Origin: a virus
Taxonomy: Duplodnaviria; Caudoviricetes
Strand: one strand, 5' to 3'
Virus record (IMG/VR): IMGVR_UViG_3300033067_000592
Span: 1-27,159 of that record
DNA: 27,159 nt
Part shown: one piece after another, positions 1 to 8,963 of the stretch
Numbering within the stretch: the stretch's first letter is position 1
Layout of the letters: every line of letters begins with the position of its first letter
Translations under genes and position numbers: made by a program
The notes under the pieces: model-generated
What the model was told of the DNA's origin: nothing
Seen by the model: only the letters and a program-made list of their open reading frames with translations
Database searches by the model: none

Positions 1-332
1 TTGTCCGCTATTTTACTGGCGTCACGAGCTGCTTCGTCTGCTGTAATCTGCGCGTTCACTTCCATCTGCTGGGCTTCAAACTCAGCAGCACGGGCGGCAT
101 ACGTTGCTTCCTGTCCGTATGCTTGGTTCGCCGACAGTCCAGCACCCGGGTTGGCTAACAGCGCTCCGTATGGGCCGTATTTATTGGCTAGGTTAATCCA
201 GTTGCTAACTCCGCTAGTCCCGGGGTTCACAGCAGCTCCTACGATAGAAGGCAACCCGGCGGCCATACCGCCTAAACCCCCGCCTGCTCCAGCACCAAAT
301 GCAGTGGATGCTATAGTCAACGCGCTAGTCAT
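1..332 (-). CDS. Internal virion (ejection) protein, T7 gp14-like; partial, runs off the left edge
   Basis: Not in the ORF track. Translated by hand from ATG at 332: MTSALTIASTAFGAGAGGGLGG...AARAAEFEAQQMEVNAQITADEAARDA. It has a Gly/Ala-rich N-terminus followed by a helical Ala/Gln segment, overlaps the stop of the upstream gene, and follows the tail tube and gp13-like genes. Confidence 0.6.
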   Translation of the reverse strand, partial: MTSALTIASTAFGAGAGGGLGGMAAGLPSIVGAAVNPGTSGVSNWINLANKYGPYGALLANPGAGLSANQAYGQEATYAARAAEFEAQQMEVNAQITADEAARDASKIAD

Positions 333-765
333 CTACTATACTCCACATCTTATACGTGCGTCCGCTTTTAGAGTAGCGTTTCAACTTACCCTCACAAATA
401 AATCCACACGCTTCCATAAAGCGATTATGCGTGGGGTCGTCCACCGAAGCGGATTGCAAACGGTGAAACCCTGAGCCTGTTCTAATAGCCTGTAATATCT
501 TCTTCAAATTACGCACCACGAAAGGGTATTCAACTAAATACTTAGAGGGGAGTACAAAGACTTCAGCCGTCCCGGCCCACATAGGCCAGAACCCCATAAT
601 ACATAATACCCTACCGTCTCGTATCAAAGTGTAGCTATGGTCAAGATTGGCAAGGTTCTTGGCGTTTTGGAAAACGTCCTCGCCAAAATCCAACACTTCT
701 AAATCGCGTATCTCCAACAGGTCCGCGTGCCCTGGGGAGAACGGGACAAGTTTAGACTCACTCAT
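325..765 (-). CDS. GNAT-fold virion-associated protein (T7 gp13 / internal virion protein A-like)
   Basis: 146 aa with GNAT-like segments (GRVLCIMG..MWAGTAEVF; HNRFMEACGFICEG). Lies directly after tail tubular B, as in T7-like podoviruses. Confidence 0.6.
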   Translation of the reverse strand: MSESKLVPFSPGHADLLEIRDLEVLDFGEDVFQNAKNLANLDHSYTLIRDGRVLCIMGFWPMWAGTAEVFVLPSKYLVEYPFVVRNLKKILQAIRTGSGFHRLQSASVDDPTHNRFMEACGFICEGKLKRYSKSGRTYKMWSIVDD

Positions 766-3085
766 CAGTTGTTTCTCCGTACAGGTCTATCCCTTTAATA
801 ATGCAAGGGAGCGGTTTGCGTTGGTAGAAATAAAAGTATTTCTGGCGCTCCCACTTATCCGGGATTTGAATTTCCTTAACACCAGTATACGGCGGAACGG
901 GTCTATCTGTTACGTCGCTGATTTTTAAAATCTCAATCTCCCCGAGTCTGTAGGGGTCTACACCGAACTCGGGCCCAGAAGTATTCATAAAACGTATTTC
1001 AGCTTTAGCCAAGTTGCGAGGCTTAGTCTGGGCCGGACCGCTAGACCCGCCCATCTCTATGTTCATACTCTTACCAAAGCCCGTATACGAAAACCCTACG
1101 TGGACAACACTAGCAGGGTTATCCAACGTCAACGCCCCGTTGGTTACAACGGCATCGCTTGGTACAATTGCATCTGCTGATATAGATACCGTTTCACCTT
1201 CAAGATGGTGCAACCCGGTAACAGACGTGGTTGTCAAAAACCACTCACCCGCTGCGGCGGTTAAATACTCGGGTTTCGCCAAAACTAAGCCTGTAACCAC
1301 GGTAGACGACGTGTATCCTGTAATCTCAATACGGCCACCTCTGTGACCCTCGGTGTCGTAAGCTGGCCAAATCTCACGACCTACCATAGACGAAGTGAAC
1401 ACTGCGGCAGACGCTGTGATTGTTATAGTACCAGTATCGTCACTCAACGTAAGAGACGCACCCGCGTCACTGCCATAGTCTGAACCGTCGTAGGTGACAC
1501 AAGAGTCTAAATGCACCGAATATTTAACGGCTTCAAACAGCGCGTTCTCGAATAACTCAATGTCTCTAGCCTGTTCCTCTGGGCTACCGTTAGGCGTGAT
1601 AAAGTCTTCCATCTCTGGGAACACTACAGCATCTTCCATAAACTCTACAGTACGCACTGTATGGCCATTTATAGTTCTTTTTACGATTACCCAGAGCTGC
1701 TCTACGTTACTGTCGCGAGCCATACGACCCACCCACTCAACAGTTCCAGACCCGCCAAGGATGTGGCGATGCCAGGCTGCTTTATCTTCTTTGCTTTCAA
1801 ACGTAAACCCAAGCAACACTCCGTCGTCTCGGCAGGCCCAGGCGATGTTCGGGTTCCCGTTCTGGAACACGATTTGCTTTAGGCCCGGTTGGGATAAGTG
1901 AGGCGCAATCAGGTTACGGTCTACAGCTATATACCCATCCTGCTGATAGTTGTACTCAAACGATTGTAAGCGTTTGCCGCCGCGCTCAATATAGAATACA
2001 GCGGAACCTACAGTTTGCGGCAGCGTTAATTGACACCCGGTAGAGTTAATCGGTTTAGCGCTGATACTGCTGGGCGTGATGGGCTCTTGTTCAGACGCCC
2101 CGAAGATACGACGTACCGTTCCATACGTGCCACACACGATAAATTTGTCAGTATTAGATAACCAACGTACAGAGTCTACTTGGCCTTTAACCGGGGCTAG
2201 GGTAAATTTAACTGAGTCATCGGCGGCTGTGCCGGTAGTAAAATCATCATAACGTGGTCCTGACGCGTTAGGGGACCGTGACCCCCATATAGTTTCAGGT
2301 GCTGTAATGGTTCCGCCCATAAGCAAACGAGCGTCCGATGTGAAGGCGCAGGAGCGTGGATAGTTGGTAGCTGACCCAAATGGGTCTGTTGTTCTCGTGT
2401 ACGTCGCCAGGGTCCAGCTAGTGTGCCCTGAGCGCGTTAATTTACGAGGGGGATAAGTTTGGTGGGTGATGTACATCGTGTCGGCGTTCTGGGTGAACTG
2501 CAAGTCTTCTATGTCCGCCGCCGCATACGGTGTCGTAATCTCGTAGATGCGTTCAGCGATACCGCCAGATGTGTACGTAGTGTACGCGCTGCTGTTTACG
2601 TTTGTCCCAAACACATCAGTCAACTCAAATGTGTTGGTTGCTACGTTGGCGACGATGTACGATTTACCGTTTACCTCAGTCATACCAGCTACGTTGTTGA
2701 TAAACACTTCGTCTCCGTTGGAGTATCCGTGTGAAGCGCTTGTAACAACAGCGGGATTTGCTTTAGTGATGCCTGTAATAGTTTTGGACGCTTCTACAAT
2801 GATGGCCTCGTCCTTGTAGAATCGCATCTTTGTGTCGGTAACTTCCACCAAGTAGGCTTGCTGGTCGTTGAACTGGAACGGGATGAACCGCGCTGCATTC
2901 ATTCTGCGGGTGTAGTGGACGAACTTAAACCCGTTACGGTATCTCACGGGCCCAGTGGGTTCGACTATGAAGTTCTGGCAACGCTTAAGGCCGTTGACGC
3001 CAATCTTCAAATCGAAACGGGCATCAGCGATTGGGGCTATTTCGCCAAACTCAAAGTTGACGAATGAGTCGTTGGCAAACGTCAT
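758..3085 (-). CDS. Tail tubular protein B (nozzle, T7 gp12-like)
   Basis: 775 aa. N-terminal NF..GEIAP...RFDL...NFIVEPTGPVRYRNG, plus FTQNADTMY, AWHRH, LDSCVTY and GLHHLEGETV segments typical of podovirus nozzles. Follows tubular A through a TAATG overlap. Confidence 0.85.
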   Translation of the reverse strand: MTFANDSFVNFEFGEIAPIADARFDLKIGVNGLKRCQNFIVEPTGPVRYRNGFKFVHYTRRMNAARFIPFQFNDQQAYLVEVTDTKMRFYKDEAIIVEASKTITGITKANPAVVTSASHGYSNGDEVFINNVAGMTEVNGKSYIVANVATNTFELTDVFGTNVNSSAYTTYTSGGIAERIYEITTPYAAADIEDLQFTQNADTMYITHQTYPPRKLTRSGHTSWTLATYTRTTDPFGSATNYPRSCAFTSDARLLMGGTITAPETIWGSRSPNASGPRYDDFTTGTAADDSVKFTLAPVKGQVDSVRWLSNTDKFIVCGTYGTVRRIFGASEQEPITPSSISAKPINSTGCQLTLPQTVGSAVFYIERGGKRLQSFEYNYQQDGYIAVDRNLIAPHLSQPGLKQIVFQNGNPNIAWACRDDGVLLGFTFESKEDKAAWHRHILGGSGTVEWVGRMARDSNVEQLWVIVKRTINGHTVRTVEFMEDAVVFPEMEDFITPNGSPEEQARDIELFENALFEAVKYSVHLDSCVTYDGSDYGSDAGASLTLSDDTGTITITASAAVFTSSMVGREIWPAYDTEGHRGGRIEITGYTSSTVVTGLVLAKPEYLTAAAGEWFLTTTSVTGLHHLEGETVSISADAIVPSDAVVTNGALTLDNPASVVHVGFSYTGFGKSMNIEMGGSSGPAQTKPRNLAKAEIRFMNTSGPEFGVDPYRLGEIEILKISDVTDRPVPPYTGVKEIQIPDKWERQKYFYFYQRKPLPCIIKGIDLYGETTDE

Positions 3086-3729
3086 TACCAGTCATTCTCG
3101 TTGTAGTTAGCAGTATTACCGCCCCCTGGGCCAGAAAACCCTCGGCGTTGGTTCATAACTTTGCTCTCGTGTCTGTGACGGGGCGGACGTTCTTGCCCGT
3201 CGACTGACACCGCTTGAAGTTCCTCACGAGTAAGCTCTGCTTCTAAGCCTTCAACGATTGATGCTTTAACTGTGTACTTGTAGCATACGTTCTTAGCAAT
3301 ATGTAAGTACAACAGCTTGATAAACAGCGCGTCAAATAGACTTACATCTTGGATATCTTTAGTGTAACGGAGTTTTACCGAAGTGGCCCCTCCATAATTA
3401 AGCAGGATGGACTTTCCTTCGATATCGTAATTCTTGATGGCGTCAATCTCTGAGTAACCACCCAGGGATAGGACGCGCACGAAGTCGTTTGGTAGTAGAT
3501 ACTTATCTGTGTAGTCGAAATCTGGTGTGCCCGTGCGGGTTATAAGCGTTCTGCCCTTGGCAAAGTTCCACACATACGAGCGCAACAACTCTCGACGTGT
3601 CTGGTCGTACCAACGTGCCATCGTTTCTTCGGAGTCGTTGTTGGGGTCTTCGATGCTAGCGATGGCCGTCTGGGCTATTCTATCCAACGCCAAATTGCAA
3701 ATGTCCACCGGAGAAATAGGTTTAGCCAC
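3085..3729 (-). CDS. Tail tubular protein A (adaptor/gatekeeper, T7 gp11-like)
   Basis: 214 aa with VDICNLALDRI, WNFA and YLLPNDFVR motifs. GTG start preceded by GAGGTGA. Confidence 0.85.
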   Translation of the reverse strand: MAKPISPVDICNLALDRIAQTAIASIEDPNNDSEETMARWYDQTRRELLRSYVWNFAKGRTLITRTGTPDFDYTDKYLLPNDFVRVLSLGGYSEIDAIKNYDIEGKSILLNYGGATSVKLRYTKDIQDVSLFDALFIKLLYLHIAKNVCYKYTVKASIVEGLEAELTREELQAVSVDGQERPPRHRHESKVMNQRRGFSGPGGGNTANYNENDW

Positions 3730-3750
3730 GACTCACCTCTTTTAAATGCC

Positions 3751-3774
3751 CCCTCGCAGGATAACCTGCGAGGG
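3751..3774 (-). terminator. Perfect GC-rich hairpin after the capsid-associated genes (partial terminator or mRNA-stabilising stem)
   Basis: CCCTCGCAGG-ATAA-CCTGCGAGGG, a 10-bp perfect stem. Only a weak T-run follows on the minus strand, consistent with read-through into the tail genes. Confidence 0.5.
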
Positions 3775-3804
3775 AGCTGTGTGAACGGGAATGAGACAGG
3801 GGGA

Positions 3805-4302
3805 TTAGGAAACTAAGTAGCCGATACGCGCAGTGATAGTACCCGCAGCGGACCCTACAGTAGAGCCTGTCAGCGCTACGTCATAGGAGCCACGTTTGGT
3901 CTGCAAGGTATCACCTGCGATTTCCCAGATACGTTTCTGAAGGTCGGCGATATCGACAGACTTCAAACCGTCTTTGGGGGAGGCGTTGGTAGCGGCAGCA
4001 GACATGTCGTGGGTTGCGCCCAAGATGTCTAAGTCGATTACCGCGCCCCCTTGGGCTACCGTACGATACAAACCAGAGTGATACACAGTACCAGCGGTGA
4101 TTGCATCGTTAGAGATTGCGAACTTGGTCAAGACCGCGTTGGCGGGTAGCGTAGCCAGACGATAGACGGACCCGTCGTCGTCCGCTGCGGCAACCTCAAA
4201 CGTAATGACCATTTCGTGATACTCAGCACCGCCGGAGAACGACGGGTTTTCTAGCTTACCCGCAGTTACTTTAGCGCTGACGTATTTGTTTTCAACAGCC
4301 AT
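3805..4302 (-). CDS. Putative capsid-associated structural protein (decoration/cement-like)
   Basis: 165 aa, Ala/Gly/Thr-rich and beta-like. Has an AGAAAGGA RBS and lies between the major capsid gene and the hairpin. Function is inferred from synteny only. Confidence 0.55.
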   Translation of the reverse strand: MAVENKYVSAKVTAGKLENPSFSGGAEYHEMVITFEVAAADDDGSVYRLATLPANAVLTKFAISNDAITAGTVYHSGLYRTVAQGGAVIDLDILGATHDMSAAATNASPKDGLKSVDIADLQKRIWEIAGDTLQTKRGSYDVALTGSTVGSAAGTITARIGYLVS

Positions 4303-4320
4303 AGTAAAGTTCCTTTCTTA

Positions 4321-5208
4321 CTAGTCGGTGGTGGTAATCTTCTGAACGAGTTTGCCTTCAGTACGAACCGCACCCAGGGTCATAATGGCTTTGATTTGAG
4401 TGGTCTCGTACAAGTCATTACGTTCTTCGACCTTGATTTTCATGTCGGAGGAGATGCCCATACAAACGGCACCTTCCACAACTGCGGCACAAGAACGAAC
4501 ACCACCAGATACAGTCAGAATGGGGTCTACTGCGTTGGCGGCAAATTTGATTAACTCAAATCCGGCAGCCATCTGCATTTGACCGTTATCTATAGCGTAC
4601 TGACGAGAGTAGTCGCCCGAAATCAGTTGGGTTTCCGACATCAGGGCGGTGTGCTCATCACCGGCAATCAGGATAGCGGCTTTACGCGTGCCATCGGTCA
4701 TTACATCGTTGTCGATGTAGTTTGCCATAACGTTGAGCAATTTGGCGTATGTGAAACCGCCGGTAGCGGTTACGGTCAACCCGCCGTCGTTAGCGAAGGT
4801 AACCGTAGTACCCATATCACGGCCAGTCAGCACATCTGCGAACAAGCAGTTGTAGAATACACGGTCCCAGCGACGCTGCATTGCAGCGGCAGCCGCAGCA
4901 ACCAACGGGGATTGAGGGTCGGTCAACATACCCTTAACATCGTAATCGTCCAGCGCTACCGTAACGGCGAACCGTTTACGGGTCACTTTCCGACGCCAGA
5001 ATTCGACGTCAGCGAACGATACGGGTTGGTTACGTCCTACAATTTCTTCATCTTGCAGGATGCCGACACCGTCATATGCCATATAGTCACCAGTCATCGG
5101 TTTGATGATGGCGTAGGGTTTAGTACGCGCCGTGACCTGTTGGGCCCGGGCGTGAAGGTTTTCAGAGAACTGAATAATTTGAGCATCATCGATAGACGCG
5201 TTAGCCAT
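4321..5208 (-). CDS. Major capsid protein
   Basis: 295 aa with Q F..N.H..AQQ at the N-terminus, RRKV, LTDPQSP...AAAMQRRWD and C-terminal MTLGAVRTEGKLV, all typical of BPP-1-like podovirus capsids. Downstream of the scaffold gene; AGGAG RBS. Confidence 0.85.
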   Translation of the reverse strand: MANASIDDAQIIQFSENLHARAQQVTARTKPYAIIKPMTGDYMAYDGVGILQDEEIVGRNQPVSFADVEFWRRKVTRKRFAVTVALDDYDVKGMLTDPQSPLVAAAAAAMQRRWDRVFYNCLFADVLTGRDMGTTVTFANDGGLTVTATGGFTYAKLLNVMANYIDNDVMTDGTRKAAILIAGDEHTALMSETQLISGDYSRQYAIDNGQMQMAAGFELIKFAANAVDPILTVSGGVRSCAAVVEGAVCMGISSDMKIKVEERNDLYETTQIKAIMTLGAVRTEGKLVQKITTTD

Positions 5209-5318
5209 CGTGAGTCAACTCCTATAACTTAATACAGTGCTAACTTTGATGACATGCTACCCGTCTACGGACACGCCCTCATAAAAATCTGTAGGGACTT
5301 ATCGCTACCCCTACGAGA

Positions 5319-5346
5319 ATCATACCAAATTCTAAAAAGAGCGCAA
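5319..5346 (-). promoter_or_regulatory. Putative sigma70-type promoter for the capsid gene
   Basis: Minus strand TTGCGC-N16-TATGAT with an extended -10 TG (TGG TATGAT), in the scaffold-capsid intergenic space. Confidence 0.5.
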
Positions 5347-6276
5347 CTATCGCTGACTCTTTTTGGCCTCGGCGAGCTGTTTAGCGATTGTCTGGTTGTC
5401 CTCGCTAAGCCGTTGGTACTCAGCATCTAGCGGATTCATTTTATACAGCTTCGTGTAGTTATCTTGCATACGAGCACGTAACTCCGCTTCGGACATATGA
5501 CCCAGGCCGCCGTCCCCGATAACACCACCCTCTTTGATGAACGTGTCGTTAATCTTATTGAGAACGCCAGCGAGCCCAATGAGCACTTTGTTTGGCGCGT
5601 CTTTGAGTGCGTCTTTCAGCTTGGGGTCTGCGAACTGTTCGTAAAGTTTTCGACCCGTCTCAATCGCCGCATCAAACTTATCGCCAAAGACTTCCTTGCC
5701 TATAACGTCGAAGTCCTTGTTCAGCGCCTCTTGCTCGGAGATGATGCTTTCAAACAACGGCTTAAACATCTGCATCTGTGCTTTTTCATACTCAGATACG
5801 ACGGTAGCCGCTTGCTGCTTGGTTAAGCCAGCTTTGTGGAAGACGCTCTTCATTTGGGCCAAAAGCTCAGGGGACCGTGAGTTTTCAAGCAACGCTTTGG
5901 TTTGCTCGTCGGGGTACTCAGGGTCTGGTATGGCGTATTCGTCTGCACTAGCGGGACGCAGCTTAGCGTAAAACTCTTCCCACTGCTCTGGAGTACTGGT
6001 CTCATCCGGGACGGCTTTCTTGCCGATGAGTTTTTGAGCGTTGTCAAATTGCTCCAATAAGTCATCTTGGGACTTCAGGGCTTTGAAGTACTCTTTATCG
6101 CGATACGCCTCTGGCAGTGTGTTGTAAAAATCGGGTGTCGCATCTGTTGTAGTGGTAGGCGTAGCTTCTGTAGTGGTGGCCTCTGTAGTAGTTGCAGCAT
6201 CCCCTGCTCCACCTTCAGCACCAGCTTCGTCGCTCATATAACAAAACAACGAGCGAATAAAACTATTCTTGTTCAT
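5347..6276 (-). CDS. Capsid scaffolding/assembly protein
   Basis: 309 aa, acidic and helical, with LPEAYRD, NAQKLIGKK, WEEFYAKLRP..ADEY and FHKAGLTKQQA segments. Between portal and capsid genes; AAGGA RBS. Confidence 0.75.
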   Translation of the reverse strand: MNKNSFIRSLFCYMSDEAGAEGGAGDAATTTEATTTEATPTTTTDATPDFYNTLPEAYRDKEYFKALKSQDDLLEQFDNAQKLIGKKAVPDETSTPEQWEEFYAKLRPASADEYAIPDPEYPDEQTKALLENSRSPELLAQMKSVFHKAGLTKQQAATVVSEYEKAQMQMFKPLFESIISEQEALNKDFDVIGKEVFGDKFDAAIETGRKLYEQFADPKLKDALKDAPNKVLIGLAGVLNKINDTFIKEGGVIGDGGLGHMSEAELRARMQDNYTKLYKMNPLDAEYQRLSEDNQTIAKQLAEAKKSQR

Positions 6277-6610
6277 TAACAGGTTCCTTTTCCGCTTCTA
6301 TGATATTCAAATACGTAACAGGGATAAGTTTTCGGAGTTCGATGTAAACGTTCCTGCGGGCCTCATTATACAACGTGCCCCGGTCTTGGATGAGCCCTTT
6401 AACAGGGTCTCCTACCAATGAACTTTCTTTAAACCCGCACATAGTCATAATGTACGTTAGTACTTTTTGACCTTGTGCTGTTTTAGCCACGGCCATAAAG
6501 GCGTTTTTCATTTCTCGTTCTTCGCGCTTAGCCTGCTCAAGCCTTTTGGCTTCCCGCTCTTTAGCGGCTTTGTGCGCCTCGTAAATGTCCGGTTTAGCTT
6601 CCGTTTCCAT
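6263..6610 (-). CDS. Small conserved head-module protein (BPP-1 Bbp19-like)
   Basis: 115 aa with F....GQKVL..I and LYNEARRNVY..L patterns. Occupies the portal-to-scaffold slot. Confidence 0.55.
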   Translation of the reverse strand: METEAKPDIYEAHKAAKEREAKRLEQAKREEREMKNAFMAVAKTAQGQKVLTYIMTMCGFKESSLVGDPVKGLIQDRGTLYNEARRNVYIELRKLIPVTYLNIIEAEKEPVNEQE

Positions 6611-8348
6611 TCTGTATCGTTCCTACTGCTTGCGCCGCATTCCTGGCCGTCTCAGACGCCTGACGGTCTTTCTCTTGGTCCGCTGCTTCCTGTTGCATCT
6701 TCGCTCTGGCGTCACGGATTTTCTGAGTGGCCTCCAGCGACTTCCACATTAACGACGACCCGCCCGCTAACTCAGTAATACGACGGACCGTATAATCCTC
6801 GTCAAAACCATCTACGCAGCTAGGTGCAAACGCTACTATGCCACCGACAGCTTCTAAGGACTGGGTAATACCGGATAACTCGTCTACCTGCATAATACGA
6901 GAAGCCGGGGATATGAACTCCACTCTATACGCGTTCTGTCCGCTCTTAATAAGTTCAGCTATGGCATCCGGCACGTAGATAGGCCGGATACCCTTTACGA
7001 TTAGCTGCCGTTCTAATTCAGAGCCTTTGATTACCCCGAGTAATCCTTTATTGAAAAGGATTTCAAAGGTTCTATCAATCAAAGGTTTAAACAGTTCGGT
7101 AATCTGACGGGTAAAGATTGGGTTCAACGACTCACCACGTAGCTTGTTACGGATGTTTGCCTCACCCAGGGTCATACGGGTCTCGTTGTTCAGGTCCATC
7201 AAGCGGTCCATAAAGAAATGGTTGCTGATGATTTCCTTCAGGTCTTGCAACCGCTGCATAGCCCAAGAGGGGTCTCCCACTGGGTACAACAAATCTACAG
7301 GCTTCTGGGCGTTGGTGTTGCCTAACCTACCGGTAATAGTAAATACCGTGACACCACCAGGGCTTGTATCAACAACACCATTGCCCAGTGACGAATCGTC
7401 CATAACTTGAATAGGTGGGTCTAAGTTCTTCTCCGCCGCTAATATAAACAGTTCACGTAACGCGTTAGCTTCACGAATAGACGGTAAGCTGTTCATACCG
7501 GGGGAGCGTCCGTACTTCTCCCCCATAGCTTTCCAGAACCGACATACTGCAATAGGGAGACTGTTGTAGCCTGTTTCTCTCAACAGCTTCTTAGTCTTTA
7601 ACTCCATATGCAGAGCGCGGTAAGGCATATTCTTAGCGCCGGGAGCATCCGGGTCGCGCATTGTACGAGGGCCGATGTATGTTAGAACTTCAATTTGCTC
7701 TGATTCGCCCTTTTTGCTACCGCCTGATTTTTTGTCGTAGCAATCTTTGACGTGCTTTGAAACGTTATCGTATCCGTATTCTTGAATAAGCTGACGCGCT
7801 GTAAACATTTGTTTAATGAAGATTGTGTCGACGAACTTACGGGAGTTCTCGTCGATGTATAGCTTTTTAGCATCGTAAGGGGTATAGATAATGGGGACAT
7901 CTGGGTCATCATTGTCATAAGCTCCAATACCACTAATACCGAAAGCACCTTGGTCCAGCATATACTCGTCAAGGCTAGTCCCCAACCCGGACTCGGGTTG
8001 GTCCATATAGTACGCCATCTGCCGGGTAGCGTACTCGTAGTACTTCTTAACCTCGTCACTCTCACTCTTGGTCTCGGTGAACGCCAAAGGCGCTAGGATT
8101 CTAAACGACTTTGCGCCGTTAGGCCACAACGCCCCGATGAGGGATGAAGCCATCTTGTGGTTGGATTCTTGGGCGGTATCGTCGAACAGCTCTTCGTTGA
8201 ATATGGCAGCTTGAGGTTGTTGTACCGTAAACGATTGCTTACGGGACATTACGTACTCACCTACACGCTGATATGTATTTAGCCACGGTTGCTTTTCGCG
8301 CTCCGCAGCCATAAACCGTTCATATACTTCGTTTGCAGTTAAGTCCAT
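6594..8348 (-). CDS. Portal (head-to-tail connector) protein
   Basis: 584 aa with FDDTA, GAFG, RF....GEKYGRSP, DPP and MTLGE (MTATE-like) segments typical of T7/BPP-1-type portals. Confidence 0.9.
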   Translation of the reverse strand: MDLTANEVYERFMAAEREKQPWLNTYQRVGEYVMSRKQSFTVQQPQAAIFNEELFDDTAQESNHKMASSLIGALWPNGAKSFRILAPLAFTETKSESDEVKKYYEYATRQMAYYMDQPESGLGTSLDEYMLDQGAFGISGIGAYDNDDPDVPIIYTPYDAKKLYIDENSRKFVDTIFIKQMFTARQLIQEYGYDNVSKHVKDCYDKKSGGSKKGESEQIEVLTYIGPRTMRDPDAPGAKNMPYRALHMELKTKKLLRETGYNSLPIAVCRFWKAMGEKYGRSPGMNSLPSIREANALRELFILAAEKNLDPPIQVMDDSSLGNGVVDTSPGGVTVFTITGRLGNTNAQKPVDLLYPVGDPSWAMQRLQDLKEIISNHFFMDRLMDLNNETRMTLGEANIRNKLRGESLNPIFTRQITELFKPLIDRTFEILFNKGLLGVIKGSELERQLIVKGIRPIYVPDAIAELIKSGQNAYRVEFISPASRIMQVDELSGITQSLEAVGGIVAFAPSCVDGFDEDYTVRRITELAGGSSLMWKSLEATQKIRDARAKMQQEAADQEKDRQASETARNAAQAVGTIQNGNGS

Positions 8349-8350
8349 TC

Positions 8351-8656
8351 CTACACTCCTAAGAATTGAGAGCGTCGGCCCTTGGGCTTGTTAGAAGATA
8401 AAATGCCGGACCCTGAGTCACCCAGACGAGAGGATGTGGGGGAGCCTGCATACGCACCTGCTAACACTTTAACAGCCGCTTTAGCATCTTCGTTTACCGC
8501 GGGGACAACGGAGTTGGATATGTTTACTGGCGTGGGAGTGGCGGGTGCTGTGGTAGTCGCTCTTGGACTTAATGCGTTAGCGATGGCGGCTTGACCCACG
8601 GCAGTCGTGGGCGCGGAGTATGAAGAACGAAACAGTGTGGCAGGATTAAAGCCCAT
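8351..8656 (-). CDS. Small low-complexity virion-associated protein
   Basis: 101 aa, Ala/Pro/Thr/Ser-rich, ending RRSQFLGV. Lies immediately before the portal, the slot of T7 gp7.3-like proteins. Confidence 0.5.
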   Translation of the reverse strand: MGFNPATLFRSSYSAPTTAVGQAAIANALSPRATTTAPATPTPVNISNSVVPAVNEDAKAAVKVLAGAYAGSPTSSRLGDSGSGILSSNKPKGRRSQFLGV

Positions 8657-8659
8657 AAT

Positions 8660-8962
8660 TTAGTACCCCAACAGTTTGGCCCGACGTGTCGTAGCCTTGC
8701 TTAAATCACCTTGTGCTGATGTGGACAACAAAGAGAATCCACCCGGGTTGTACGTACCATCAGCAATACGACGTTTCTTTTCCGCTTCAGCTTCCGCATT
8801 CAAATCAGGCTTTGCGATAGCGGTGGGGGTGGTTTGGTTCTGAGCAACCAACGAATTAAAATCCGGTAGAGACGGCATCTTGGGTTTTCGTGTGGCGCTA
8901 ATAAGCGCACCAGCACCTGTAGCCAATGTACCTATAGCGCTGATAGCAGCAAGTGGTCCCAA
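8660..8962 (-). CDS. Small virion-associated protein (T7 gp6.7/7.3-like slot)
   Basis: Likely TTG start at 8962, 9 nt after AGGAGG (the track starts at 8992). Hydrophobic Gly/Ala N-terminus, then PKMP, LLSTSAQG and a terminal KLLGY. Confidence 0.55.
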   Translation of the reverse strand: MGPLAAISAIGTLATGAGALISATRKPKMPSLPDFNSLVAQNQTTPTAIAKPDLNAEAEAEKKRRIADGTYNPGGFSLLSTSAQGDLSKATTRRAKLLGY

Positions 8963-8963
8963 T

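Noticed and set aside
4300-4323. Capsid gene is in frame with the next gene, suggesting a read-through capsid extension
   Set aside because: Two consecutive stops (TAG TAA) separate them, the downstream gene has its own RBS, and I saw no slippery sequence.
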